The notes under the pieces: model-generated
Told to the model about the DNA's origin: nothing
The model's input: the letters and a program-made list of their open reading frames with translations, nothing else
Databases searched by the model: none
In this document: positions 36,518 through 44,928 of the stretch, in pieces
How positions within the stretch are numbered: the stretch's first letter is position 1
Layout: the number at the start of each line of letters is the position of its first letter
Made by a program: the position numbers and the translations under genes
DNA from: an uncultured Gammaproteobacteria bacterium
GTDB taxonomy: Bacteria; Pseudomonadota; Gammaproteobacteria; JADZEE01
DNA: 54,277 nucleotides
Reading direction: 5' to 3'
Assembly: GCA_964404305.1 (NCBI GenBank)
Contig: CAYOJP010000001.1
Span: forward strand, 28,663 to 82,939

Positions 36518-39500
36518 GTGGCCGAGTTCTTCCTCAACCGGCCGGTGCTGGCCGTCGTCCTGTCGATCCTGACGGTGATCGTCGGGGCCATCGCCGCGCT
36601 CTCGCTGCCCGTCGAGCAGTACCCCGCCCTGGCGCCGCCGACGATCCGCGTCGAGGCGAGCTATCCGGGCGCCGCGGCCGAGGTCGTCGAGCAGTCCCTC
36701 GCCACGCCGATCGAGCAGCAGCTCAACGGCGTGGAGGACATGCTCTACATGAAGTCGCTCAACACGAGTGACGGGCGCATGCTGCTCGACGTGAGCTTCG
36801 AGGTCGGCAAGGACCTCGACATCGCGAACGTGCTCGCGCAGAACCGCGTGAGCCAGGCCAGCGCCCGACTGCCCTCCGAGGCGCTGCAGCAGGGCGTCAC
36901 GGTCAAGAAGCTCAACCCGAGCATCCTGCTCGTGGCCTCGATCTACTCGCCGAACGGCACCTGGTCGGACCGCTTTCTGGCCAACTACGCCACGATCAAC
37001 GTGCGCGACGCGCTGCTGCGCGTGCCCGGCGTGGCGCAGGTCGACCTGTTCGGTACCTCCGAGTACGGCATGCGCGTGTGGCTGCGGCCCGACCGCCTGG
37101 CCCAGCTCGGCCTCACGCCCGCCGACGTGGTCGCGGCGATCCGCGAGCAGAACATCCAGGCGCCCGCGGGGCAGGTCGGCGCGGCGCCCTCGCCGCCCGG
37201 CCAGGAGTTCACCTACACCGTGCGGGCGCCGGGCAAGTTCGTGACGCCGGAGGAGTTCTCCGCGATCATCGTGCGCCAGACGGAGGACGGCGCGGTCGTG
37301 CGCCTGGGCGACGTGGGCCGCGTCGAACTGGGCAGCGAGCACTACAAGTCCTTCTCGCGCATGAACGGCAGGCCCGCCGGCGTGCTCGCCGTGTACCTGC
37401 TGCCGGGCGCCAACCAGCTGCAGGCGGCGCAGGGCCTGTACGCGGCCTTCGAGCAGCTCGCGGAGTTCTTCCCCGACGACGTGGCCCATCGGATCGTCTA
37501 CGACACGACGCCCGCCGTGCAGGCCTCGGTCGAGGAGATCCTCGTCACGCTGCTCGAGGCGATCGTGCTCGTGATCCTCGTCACCTGGATCTTCCTGCAG
37601 AGCGCGCGCGCCACGCTCATCCCGCTGGTGGCGATCCCGGTCTCGCTCATCGGCACCTTCATCTTCTTCCCGCTGCTGGGCTTCTCGGTCAACACGCTCT
37701 CGATGTTCGGGCTGGTGCTGGCCATCGGCACGGTCGTGGACGACGCGATCGTCGTCACCGAGGCGGCGATGCAGTACATCGCGCAGGGCCTGTCACCGCG
37801 CGAAGCCACGAGCCGCGCCATGAAGGAGGTCTCGGGCGCGCTCGTGGGCACCTCGCTGATCATGGTGGCGGTGTTCGTGCCGGTGGCCTTCCTCGGCGGG
37901 CTGGTGGGCAGCATGTACCAGCAGTTCGCGCTCACGATCGCGATCTCGGTGCTGCTCTCGACCTTCAACGCGCTGACGCTCTCGCCGGTGCTGGCGAGCC
38001 GGCTGCTGCGCCCGCACGCGCCGGGCGGGCGCGGGCCGCTGGCGGCGCTGTTCTCCGGCTTCAACCGCCTGCTCGAGCGCACGACCTCCGGCTACGTGGC
38101 GGGCACGCGCTTCTTCGTGCGCCGCGCGCTGCTCAGCCTGCTGGCCGTCGGCGCCGCCGGCGCCGGCGCGGGCCTGCTCGGCGGCGTCGTGCCGCGCGGC
38201 TTCGTGCCGAACGAGGACCAGGGCATCTTCCTGGTCAACGTGCAGCTGCCCAACGCGGCGTCGCTCGAGCGCACCGACGCGGTCGTGCGGCAAGTCGAGG
38301 CGATCCTCGACCGCACGCCGGGCGTCACGTCCTACAGCGCGATCGGCGGCCTGGGGATGCTGACCAATTCCTTCGCCTCCAACTACGCCAGCTTCTTCTG
38401 CCGGCTGGCCCCGTGGGAGGAGCGGGCCGCGCCCGAACTGCAGCTCGACGCCATCCTCGCCGGCCTGCAGCGCGAGCTGTCGGCGATCCCCGAGGCGATC
38501 GCCTTTCCCTTCGCGCCCCCCACGATCTCGGGCTTCGGCGCGGCCGGCGGCTTCAACTTCCTGCTGCAGGATCGCAGCGGCACGCTGAGCGTCGACGAAC
38601 TCGGCGCCGAGACGCGCACCTTCCTCGCGGCCGCGCGGCAGCGTCCCGAGCTGGCCAACCTGTTCACGTCCTTCGACCCGACCGTGCCGCAGGTCGAGGT
38701 CCGGCTCGACCGCGAGAAGGCGCGCACGCTCGGCGTGCCGATCAACGACGTGTTCACGACGCTGCAGACCGCGCTGGGCGGCGCCTACGTCAACGACTTC
38801 AACCGCTTCGGGCGCCTGTACCGCGTGTTCGTGCAGGCCGAACCCGAGTTCCGGCAGCAGCCCGCCGACATCGCGGACTTCTTCGTGCGCAGCCGCACGA
38901 CCGGCGAGATGATCCCGCTCTCGACGATGGTCGACGTGCGCGGCACGACCGGCACCGAGCTGACGACGCGCTTCAACCTGTTCCGCTCGGTCGAGGTCTC
39001 GGGCGTGCCGGCGCCGGGCTTCTCGTCGGGGCAGGCCATGGCCGCGCTGCAGGACGTGGCGCGGGAGGTGCTGCGGCCCGAGCTGGGCCACGCGTACGCC
39101 GGCTTCTCGTACCAGGAGCGGACGGCGCCGCCGGCCGGCCCCACCTTCGCGATGGCGATCGTGTTCGTGTTCCTGCTGCTGGCCGCGCTGTACGAGAGCT
39201 GGAGCCTGCCGTGGAGCGTGCTGCTGGGCACGCCGCTGGCGGCGCTGGGCGCCTTCTTCGGCGTGTGGTTGGGCGGCCACGACAACGACGTCTTCGTGCA
39301 GATCGGCCTCGTCATGCTCATCGGGCTGGCGGCCAAGAACTCGATCCTGATCGTGGAGTTCGCCAAGCTGCGGCGCGAGCAGGGTTTGTCCTCGGCGGAC
39401 GCGGCCATCGACTCGGCGCGCTCGCGCTTCCGGCCGATCCTGATGACGGCGCTGTCCTTCGTGCTCGGCGTGGTGCCGCTGCTCACGGCCTCGGGCTCGG

Positions 39501-39661
39501 GCGCCGCCTCGCGGCAGGTCATGGGAGCGGCCGTGTTCTGGGGCATGCTGATCGCCGCCGCCGCCGGCCTGTTCTTGTGGCCGGCGCTGTTCGCCTTCGT
39601 CGACGGGCTCACCTCGCGCCGGCGCGCACCGCTCGCGCCGACGCCCGCGGAGGGCGCCTGA
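36518..39661 (+). CDS. RND multidrug efflux permease (HAE1 / AcrB family)
   Basis: The 1047 aa ORF begins [23 protein letters not shown] and has 12-TM architecture. Conserved stretches are [10 protein letters not shown] and [14 protein letters not shown]. Confidence 0.95.
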   Translation: MAEFFLNRPVLAVVLSILTVIVGAIAALSLPVEQYPALAPPTIRVEASYPGAAAEVVEQSLATPIEQQLNGVEDMLYMKSLNTSDGRMLLDVSFEVGKDLDIANVLAQNRVSQASARLPSEALQQGVTVKKLNPSILLVASIYSPNGTWSDRFLANYATINVRDALLRVPGVAQVDLFGTSEYGMRVWLRPDRLAQLGLTPADVVAAIREQNIQAPAGQVGAAPSPPGQEFTYTVRAPGKFVTPEEFSAIIVRQTEDGAVVRLGDVGRVELGSEHYKSFSRMNGRPAGVLAVYLLPGANQLQAAQGLYAAFEQLAEFFPDDVAHRIVYDTTPAVQASVEEILVTLLEAIVLVILVTWIFLQSARATLIPLVAIPVSLIGTFIFFPLLGFSVNTLSMFGLVLAIGTVVDDAIVVTEAAMQYIAQGLSPREATSRAMKEVSGALVGTSLIMVAVFVPVAFLGGLVGSMYQQFALTIAISVLLSTFNALTLSPVLASRLLRPHAPGGRGPLAALFSGFNRLLERTTSGYVAGTRFFVRRALLSLLAVGAAGAGAGLLGGVVPRGFVPNEDQGIFLVNVQLPNAASLERTDAVVRQVEAILDRTPGVTSYSAIGGLGMLTNSFASNYASFFCRLAPWEERAAPELQLDAILAGLQRELSAIPEAIAFPFAPPTISGFGAAGGFNFLLQDRSGTLSVDELGAETRTFLAAARQRPELANLFTSFDPTVPQVEVRLDREKARTLGVPINDVFTTLQTALGGAYVNDFNRFGRLYRVFVQAEPEFRQQPADIADFFVRSRTTGEMIPLSTMVDVRGTTGTELTTRFNLFRSVEVSGVPAPGFSSGQAMAALQDVAREVLRPELGHAYAGFSYQERTAPPAGPTFAMAIVFVFLLLAALYESWSLPWSVLLGTPLAALGAFFGVWLGGHDNDVFVQIGLVMLIGLAAKNSILIVEFAKLRREQGLSSADAAIDSARSRFRPILMTALSFVLGVVPLLTASGSGAASRQVMGAAVFWGMLIAAAAGLFLWPALFAFVDGLTSRRRAPLAPTPAEGA

Positions 39662-39662
39662 G

Positions 39663-41081
39663 ATGGCCGTCCGGCCGCCCGCGCGCCCCCTCGCCCTGCT
39701 GCTGCTCGCCGGCTGCGTCGTCGGCCCCGAGTACGCGCGCCCCGAGCTGCCGGTGCCGGAGGCCTGGCGTGACGGCTCGGCCGAGGCCGCGACGCTCGCC
39801 GACACCGCCTGGTGGGAGCTGCTCGGCGACCCGGCGCTGCGGGAGCTGATCGACGAGGCGCTGCGCAACAACCTCGACGCGCGCACGGCCCTCGAGCGCG
39901 TCGTCGAGGCGCGCGCGCTCGTGGCCTTCACGCGTGCCGATCAGGGCCCCTTCGCGGATCTGTTCGCCGGCGCCGACAAGGGCGCCGCCAGCCGCGACGG
40001 CCGCCCGCCCGTGCCGACGGGCAGCAACGGCACCGAGCTGTACGGCGCCGGCCTCGACCTCTCCTGGGAACTCGACCTGTTCGGACGCCTGCAGCGCGCG
40101 ACCCAGGCCGAGGAGTTGCGCCTGCTCGCGAGCGAGGAGCTGCGCCGCGACGTGCAGATCACGCTCATCAGCGAGGTCGCGCGCGCGTGGTTCGACCTGC
40201 GGCAGCTGCAGCTCTCGCTCGACATCTCGCGCCGGACCGTGCTGGCCAACCTGCGCACCGAAGAACTCACCCGCGTGCGTTTCGAGGGCGGCGTGGCCTC
40301 CGAACTCGACTGGCGGCAGGCGCAGAGCGAACGCTACCGCACCGAGGCGGTCGTCGCGAACCTGCAGCGCCTGCACGCGCGCACCGAGAACGAGCTGTCG
40401 GTGCTGCTCGGCCGCCCGCCGCACGTGGTGCGGCGCGGCCTCGGCCTGGCCGACCAGCCTGTGCCGCCGGCGGTGCCGGCGGGCCTGCCCTCGGCGCTGC
40501 TCGAGCGCCGCCCCGACCTGCGCGCCGCCGAGCTGCGGCTTGCGGCGGCCACCGCGCGCATCGGCGAAGCCCAGGCGATCCTGTTCCCGCGCGTGGCCCT
40601 CACCGGGTCGGGCGGCTGGGCCAGCACCGAACTCTCCGACCTCACCGACTCGGACGCCGACTTCTGGGGCCTGGCCCTCGACCTGACCTGGCCGCTGTTC
40701 AACGGCGGCAAACTGCAGGCCGGCGTCGAGGTCGCGCAGGCGCAGCAGCGCCAGGCGGCGCTGGCCTACGAGCAGGCGGTCCTGCGCGCGCTGCAGGAGG
40801 TCGAGGACGCGCTGGCCGACCTGCGCTCCTTCGGCGAGCAGCGCGTGCTGCAGGACGCGCGCGCCGAGGCCGAGCGCGAGCTGCTGCGGCTCTCGGTGCT
40901 GCGCTACGAGGGCGGCGTGGCCAGCTACCTCGAGGTGCTCGTCGCGCAGCGCAGTCAACTGACCGCCGAACTCGAGCGCGCGCAGGCCTGGCGCGACCAG
41001 CTCGTGGCGCTGGTGCGCCTGTACAAGGCGCTCGGCGGCGGCTGGGACCTGCAAGAACCGGGCGCCGCGCACCGCCGTTGA
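39663..41081 (+). CDS. Outer membrane factor lipoprotein of the RND system (NodT/OprM family)
   Basis: The 472 aa ORF has a lipobox (LLLAGCVVGPEY) and two OEP repeats. It starts 1 nt after the RND stop. Confidence 0.9.
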   Translation: MAVRPPARPLALLLLAGCVVGPEYARPELPVPEAWRDGSAEAATLADTAWWELLGDPALRELIDEALRNNLDARTALERVVEARALVAFTRADQGPFADLFAGADKGAASRDGRPPVPTGSNGTELYGAGLDLSWELDLFGRLQRATQAEELRLLASEELRRDVQITLISEVARAWFDLRQLQLSLDISRRTVLANLRTEELTRVRFEGGVASELDWRQAQSERYRTEAVVANLQRLHARTENELSVLLGRPPHVVRRGLGLADQPVPPAVPAGLPSALLERRPDLRAAELRLAAATARIGEAQAILFPRVALTGSGGWASTELSDLTDSDADFWGLALDLTWPLFNGGKLQAGVEVAQAQQRQAALAYEQAVLRALQEVEDALADLRSFGEQRVLQDARAEAERELLRLSVLRYEGGVASYLEVLVAQRSQLTAELERAQAWRDQLVALVRLYKALGGGWDLQEPGAAHRR

Positions 41082-41141
41082 GCGGTGCGCGACGCCCGGG
41101 TTGTCAGACGACTTGATCGTTCCCCAGAGTCAGGGCCCGCA

Positions 41142-41507
41142 TCAGGGCGTGGTGCCCTGCACGGCGTTGCTCAAGGCGACCCCTGCCGGTCCGCCGGCAT
41201 CCTGGATGCCGATCTGGATGTACAGCTCCGTGCCCGACGGAACGCCCGCCGGCCACGCGAACGGCAAGTGGATCGTGCCGCTCGGCGACGTCGCCATGTT
41301 CAGCGCGAGCGCCACCGGCGTCGGGACGAGCGTGCCGCCCTTGAACGGCAAGGGATTCCCGACGAGCGAGGCGAACAGCACCGCCGCCGCCGAGGGCTTG
41401 CCGTTGCTGAGGTCCAGCGCGCAGGCGCTGTGCGGCTGCAGCGTGCCGCTGCCCACGAGCGCCGGAGCGCCGCCCGTGCCGGCCAGGGCATGGCCCAGGT
41501 CGCACCA
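41142..41507 (-). other. Shared C-terminal module, subtype II (last ~121 aa)
   Basis: The module reads WCDLGHALAGTGGAPALVGSGTLQPHSACALDLSNGKPSAAAVLFASLVGNPLPFKGGTLVPTPVALALNMATSPSGTIHLPFAWPAGVPSGTELYIQIGIQDAGGPAGVALSNAVQGTTP. It is collinear with the module at 34817-35182. Confidence 0.6.
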
Positions 41508-43442
41508 CGTGCCGTTCCAGTACTCGCTCGCCTTGGCGAGGGCCTCGGTGCCGATCTTCTGGCCGTTGATGCGGCCATTGATGTCGTCCTGCGGCGGGTG
41601 GATGCCGCCCCAGATGCGCGAGAGCGAGCACTGGTCGGAGGCGTCGTAGTACGTCGCCCACTGCATCTTGACCGTCACGCTCGGGCCTTCCTCGAACACC
41701 AGGTACTCGTTCTGGGGGCACTCGAACTCGCCCAGGCCGCCCGGGAACCACTTGGTGCCCGTGAAGTTGTGCATCACCACCGCGCCGGCGCGGCTGTAGG
41801 TGCTGTGACCCGACAGATACCCGGCGAAGGGCGGCGACACGAAGGTCGGCCGCTGGTAGGGCCACCAGTCGGTCGCGAGGATCCATCCCACGCCCGCGGT
41901 GTCGACGAGCGGGTCGGCGATGGCCGTCGGCCCGCGCCAGGCGCGCGCCGCGATCTTGCCTTCCTTGCCGGCCAGGTGCTCCATCGGACCGCCCGGAGCC
42001 GTGTCGGCCGCCGTGATCGTCTGGACGTAACCCGGGACGAGCGGCAGGCCGTGCGGATGGTAGTTGGCCGCTTCGGTGTCCGTGCTCTGCCCGAGCCCCG
42101 CCATGTAGCGGATGGCGCTGACGGGCCGCACGTAGTCGTAGTAGCCCTTGACGCCCCAGGTCGAGACGGCGCTGTCGTGCATCGCGCCGCCCAGAGCGAG
42201 GTAGCCCTTGACGTCCCACTCGAGGTCGTCGACCACGGGCCCGACGCCGCCGATCTTCTTGACCAGGCGCGGATCGTCCGCGACGTGGTTGAAGATCGAG
42301 AACCAGTGTCCGGGCGGGGTCTCGGAGGCCGGACCGTCGGCCCAGAACTCGGCCAGGCAGCGGGTGTAGTCGCCGCGCGGCACCATCTGCACCTCGTACG
42401 GCTCGTCCGTGACCGGGTTGCGCTCGTAGCCGATGCTCGAGTCGCCGCCCTGCAGGAAGTCGTAGAAGTCGTCGTAGTCCTCGAAATCGGTCGGCAGCGG
42501 AGGGTTGTTGCCGATCGAGTTGGGCGACGCGTCGATCATCACGCCGTCGTTCGGATCGAGGTGCGAGGACCACAGCAGCGTCATCTCGAACATCGACTTG
42601 TAGAGATGCTCGTCGGCCTCGCCCAGCATCGGCGGCGGACCCGGATCGTGGTAGACCCACCAGTCGTAGCCGTCCTTGTTGTAGATGTCCAGGTCATCCA
42701 CCGTGAGCGAGAAGGGCTTGACGCGGCCCCACTCCGGCGAAAGGAAGGGCGGGAACCCGCCCGGGATCGGGTTGCCCGCCTGGTCGATGAAGAAGGACAG
42801 CGCGAGCGGCTGCCACAGGTTCGGGAAGTAGAGGTTGGGGTTGCCGTTGTCGAGCAGCACGACGATGAGCGCGTCGTTCTTGGGGAAGTAGAACTGGTTG
42901 GCGTACCCGTTGGCCTCGTTGGAACCGTCCGAGAGGCCGTAGGCGATCACGGTCGCGGCGATGCGGTTGCCGATCGCGGCGGCGCTGTCGCCGACGGTCG
43001 TCGTGATGCCGATGTCGTAGCCGTGATCGGCCATGTAGGCGTCGTACTGCGGGAACAGCGTCGGCATGGCCGGCGAGGACGCGAAGCGGTGCTTCAGGAT
43101 GCGCAGCATCGCGTAGGAGATCGTCTCGTGCCGCTTGGCGTCGAGCTCGAGTTCGTCGACGACGTGCTTCTCGGTGAACAGCACGCCGCGCGCGTTCTCG
43201 TCGTACGTGGCCCAGGCGTCCCACATCGCGGCGGACGTGTGGTAGAGGTTGCGCGCGTGCACGGTCGGCCGCGCGAAGTCCTTGCGGATCGTGGCGAGCA
43301 GCAGCTCGTTCCATTCGCGCGCGACGGATTCCTCCGCTTGCGCGCGCGGCGCGGCCGCGCCGAGCAGCACGACGGCCAGCGCCGTCGCCGTCCAAGGCAG
43401 GCTGCGCACCCTGCCGAGGAGGAAGTTGGAGATCGAGTTCAT
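41142..43442 (-). CDS. Secreted PAP2-superfamily enzyme, vanadium-dependent haloperoxidase-like, with shared C-terminal module
   Basis: The ATG at 43442 is preceded by GAGGA and gives the signal peptide MNSISNFLLGRVRSLPWTATALAVVLLGAAAPRAQA. The N-terminal region EWNELLLATIRKDFARPTVHARNLYHTSAAMWDAWATYD is typical of this family. PAP2 motifs are YDYVRPVSAIRY, YLSGHSTYS and SLSRIWGGIHPPQDD. Confidence 0.7.
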   Translation of the reverse strand: MNSISNFLLGRVRSLPWTATALAVVLLGAAAPRAQAEESVAREWNELLLATIRKDFARPTVHARNLYHTSAAMWDAWATYDENARGVLFTEKHVVDELELDAKRHETISYAMLRILKHRFASSPAMPTLFPQYDAYMADHGYDIGITTTVGDSAAAIGNRIAATVIAYGLSDGSNEANGYANQFYFPKNDALIVVLLDNGNPNLYFPNLWQPLALSFFIDQAGNPIPGGFPPFLSPEWGRVKPFSLTVDDLDIYNKDGYDWWVYHDPGPPPMLGEADEHLYKSMFEMTLLWSSHLDPNDGVMIDASPNSIGNNPPLPTDFEDYDDFYDFLQGGDSSIGYERNPVTDEPYEVQMVPRGDYTRCLAEFWADGPASETPPGHWFSIFNHVADDPRLVKKIGGVGPVVDDLEWDVKGYLALGGAMHDSAVSTWGVKGYYDYVRPVSAIRYMAGLGQSTDTEAANYHPHGLPLVPGYVQTITAADTAPGGPMEHLAGKEGKIAARAWRGPTAIADPLVDTAGVGWILATDWWPYQRPTFVSPPFAGYLSGHSTYSRAGAVVMHNFTGTKWFPGGLGEFECPQNEYLVFEEGPSVTVKMQWATYYDASDQCSLSRIWGGIHPPQDDINGRINGQKIGTEALAKASEYWNGTWCDLGHALAGTGGAPALVGSGTLQPHSACALDLSNGKPSAAAVLFASLVGNPLPFKGGTLVPTPVALALNMATSPSGTIHLPFAWPAGVPSGTELYIQIGIQDAGGPAGVALSNAVQGTTP

Positions 43443-43767
43443 CGGGTGTTCCTCAGGTGTGGAGATGCGACTGCTGCACGCGCCCTGCGTGCACACTTCG
43501 TCGTGCGAAGCGACGGAGTCTAGCACCGCTTCACGCAACGCGGGGAATTCTCGGCACGATCCACGCGCCGACTGTCGGTGCGCGGCGCGACGGCGGCGCG
43601 CAATCCATAAGACCTATGCCCATAAGGAATCCGACTGTGTCGTTCTCCGCGGGGAAACACAGTCGCCCGGGCCGTCGAGGCCGGGCTTGAAGCACGGCTG
43701 GCGGAGCCTATCGTCGAGTGGTCGCGGCCTTCCGGCCGTCGCCCGAGACTCCACGCGAGAGCCGCCG

Positions 43768-44922
43768 ATGGCCAAGTCGAGAACGCCCAGCCCCAAGCCC
43801 CTGCCGCGCAAGACCGTCACCGACGCGACCGACAAGGCGACCATCGCCTGCCTCGAGAGCGAGGCGCGCGCGGTCTACCAGGCCGGCGTGAAAAGCGGCC
43901 GGCCCGAGCTGGCCTCGCCGGTGCGCAGCCTGGGCAACGTGAAGTACGACAGCAAGGTCGGCTACCTCGAGATCGGCAAGCAGAAGAAGGTGCGCACGCT
44001 CACCGTGAACACGGTCAAGAGCTTCGCGCAGACCCTGCGCGTCATGTCGCTGTCCAAGGAGATGATCGAGGGCGACACCTTCGCGACCAAGCGCGAAGCC
44101 TACTACGTCTCCAAGAACTGGGGCGAGGCCAAGTTCAACGAGCAGCCCGAGTCGGATGCCGTGATGGACGACATCGAGGCGATGTTCGCGATGCAGGGCG
44201 TGAGCCGCGAGCAGCTGCGCTTCTACCCCGAGGAGCACGGCGGCGCCGTCGCCGGGCGCCTGACGGTCATCGACCGCGACCCGGCCTCCGGCCAGCCGCT
44301 GCGCATCGACTGCACCAAGTTCGGCACGGGCGCCTACTCCATCCCGCACAGCGTCGAGCACCTCGAGTTCGAGACGAAGGCGAAGTTCGTGCTCGCGATC
44401 GAGACCGGCGGCATGTTCCAGCGCCTGCAGGCCCACGGCTTCTGGGACAGCGCCAACTGCATCCTCGTGAGCATGAGCGGCGTCCCCACGCGCGCCACGC
44501 GGCGCTTCATCCGGCGCCTCGCCGAAGGGCAGAAGATCCCCGTCTACGCCTTCGTGGACTGCGACCCCTACGGCATCAGCAACATCTACCGCACGCTCAA
44601 GGTCGGCTCGGGCAACACCGCGCACCTCAACCGCTTCTTCTGCGTGCCGCACGCCAGCTACCTGGGCGTCACGCCGCAGGACATCCTCGATTACGAGCTG
44701 CCCACCCACCCGCTGCTCGACGTCGACGTCAAGCGCGCCAAGGACGCGCTCAAGAACGACCCGTTCTTCCACCACCACAAGCCCTGGCGCAAGGCGCTCG
44801 AGATGCTGGTCGAGATGGGCGTGCGCGCCGAGCAGCAGGCGCTCGCCAAGTGGGGCCTCAACTACGTCATCGACGAGTACCTGCCCGCCAAGCTCAAGGA
44901 CAGCAAGGCCTTCCTGCCGTAG
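43768..44922 (+). CDS. top6A: DNA topoisomerase VI subunit A (Spo11 family)
   Basis: The ATG at 43768 gives 384 aa. The catalytic-tyrosine region is TFATKREAYYVS, the Toprim Glu is FVLAIETGGMFQRL and the Toprim DxD is YAFVDCDPYGISI-like (AFVDCDPYGISN). The C-terminal stretch reads EQQALAKWGLNYV. The track ORF from 43249 is an over-extension. Confidence 0.92.
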   Translation: MAKSRTPSPKPLPRKTVTDATDKATIACLESEARAVYQAGVKSGRPELASPVRSLGNVKYDSKVGYLEIGKQKKVRTLTVNTVKSFAQTLRVMSLSKEMIEGDTFATKREAYYVSKNWGEAKFNEQPESDAVMDDIEAMFAMQGVSREQLRFYPEEHGGAVAGRLTVIDRDPASGQPLRIDCTKFGTGAYSIPHSVEHLEFETKAKFVLAIETGGMFQRLQAHGFWDSANCILVSMSGVPTRATRRFIRRLAEGQKIPVYAFVDCDPYGISNIYRTLKVGSGNTAHLNRFFCVPHASYLGVTPQDILDYELPTHPLLDVDVKRAKDALKNDPFFHHHKPWRKALEMLVEMGVRAEQQALAKWGLNYVIDEYLPAKLKDSKAFLP

Positions 44923-44928
44923 GGCGCC

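Noticed and set aside
37078-39931. 923 aa + strand and 712 aa - strand ORFs overlapping the RND permease
   Set aside because: They are out of frame or antisense to an unmistakable AcrB-family gene and have low-complexity composition.
13361-41507. Interpreting the shared C-terminal module as PEP-CTERM, LPXTG/sortase, MYXO-CTERM or a T9SS Por tail
   Set aside because: There is no terminal hydrophobic helix plus basic cluster and no PEP, LPXTG or Cys-containing tripartite motif. The last strand (G-V-A-L-S-N-x-L...) differs from the T9SS consensus as I recall it. I cannot run the HMMs, so this remains to be verified.
41085-43523. 812 aa + strand and 518 aa - strand ORFs overlapping the haloperoxidase-like gene
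   Set aside because: Shadow ORFs with no motifs. The opposite or alternative frame carries PAP2 motifs and a signal peptide.
20157-43767. The 23.6 kb between top6B and top6A as a mobile island inserted into a top6 operon
   Set aside because: No integrase, transposase, tRNA target, flanking direct repeats or obvious compositional break was seen. The gene order (B before A) is also not what a simple insertion into an archaeal-type A-B operon would give.
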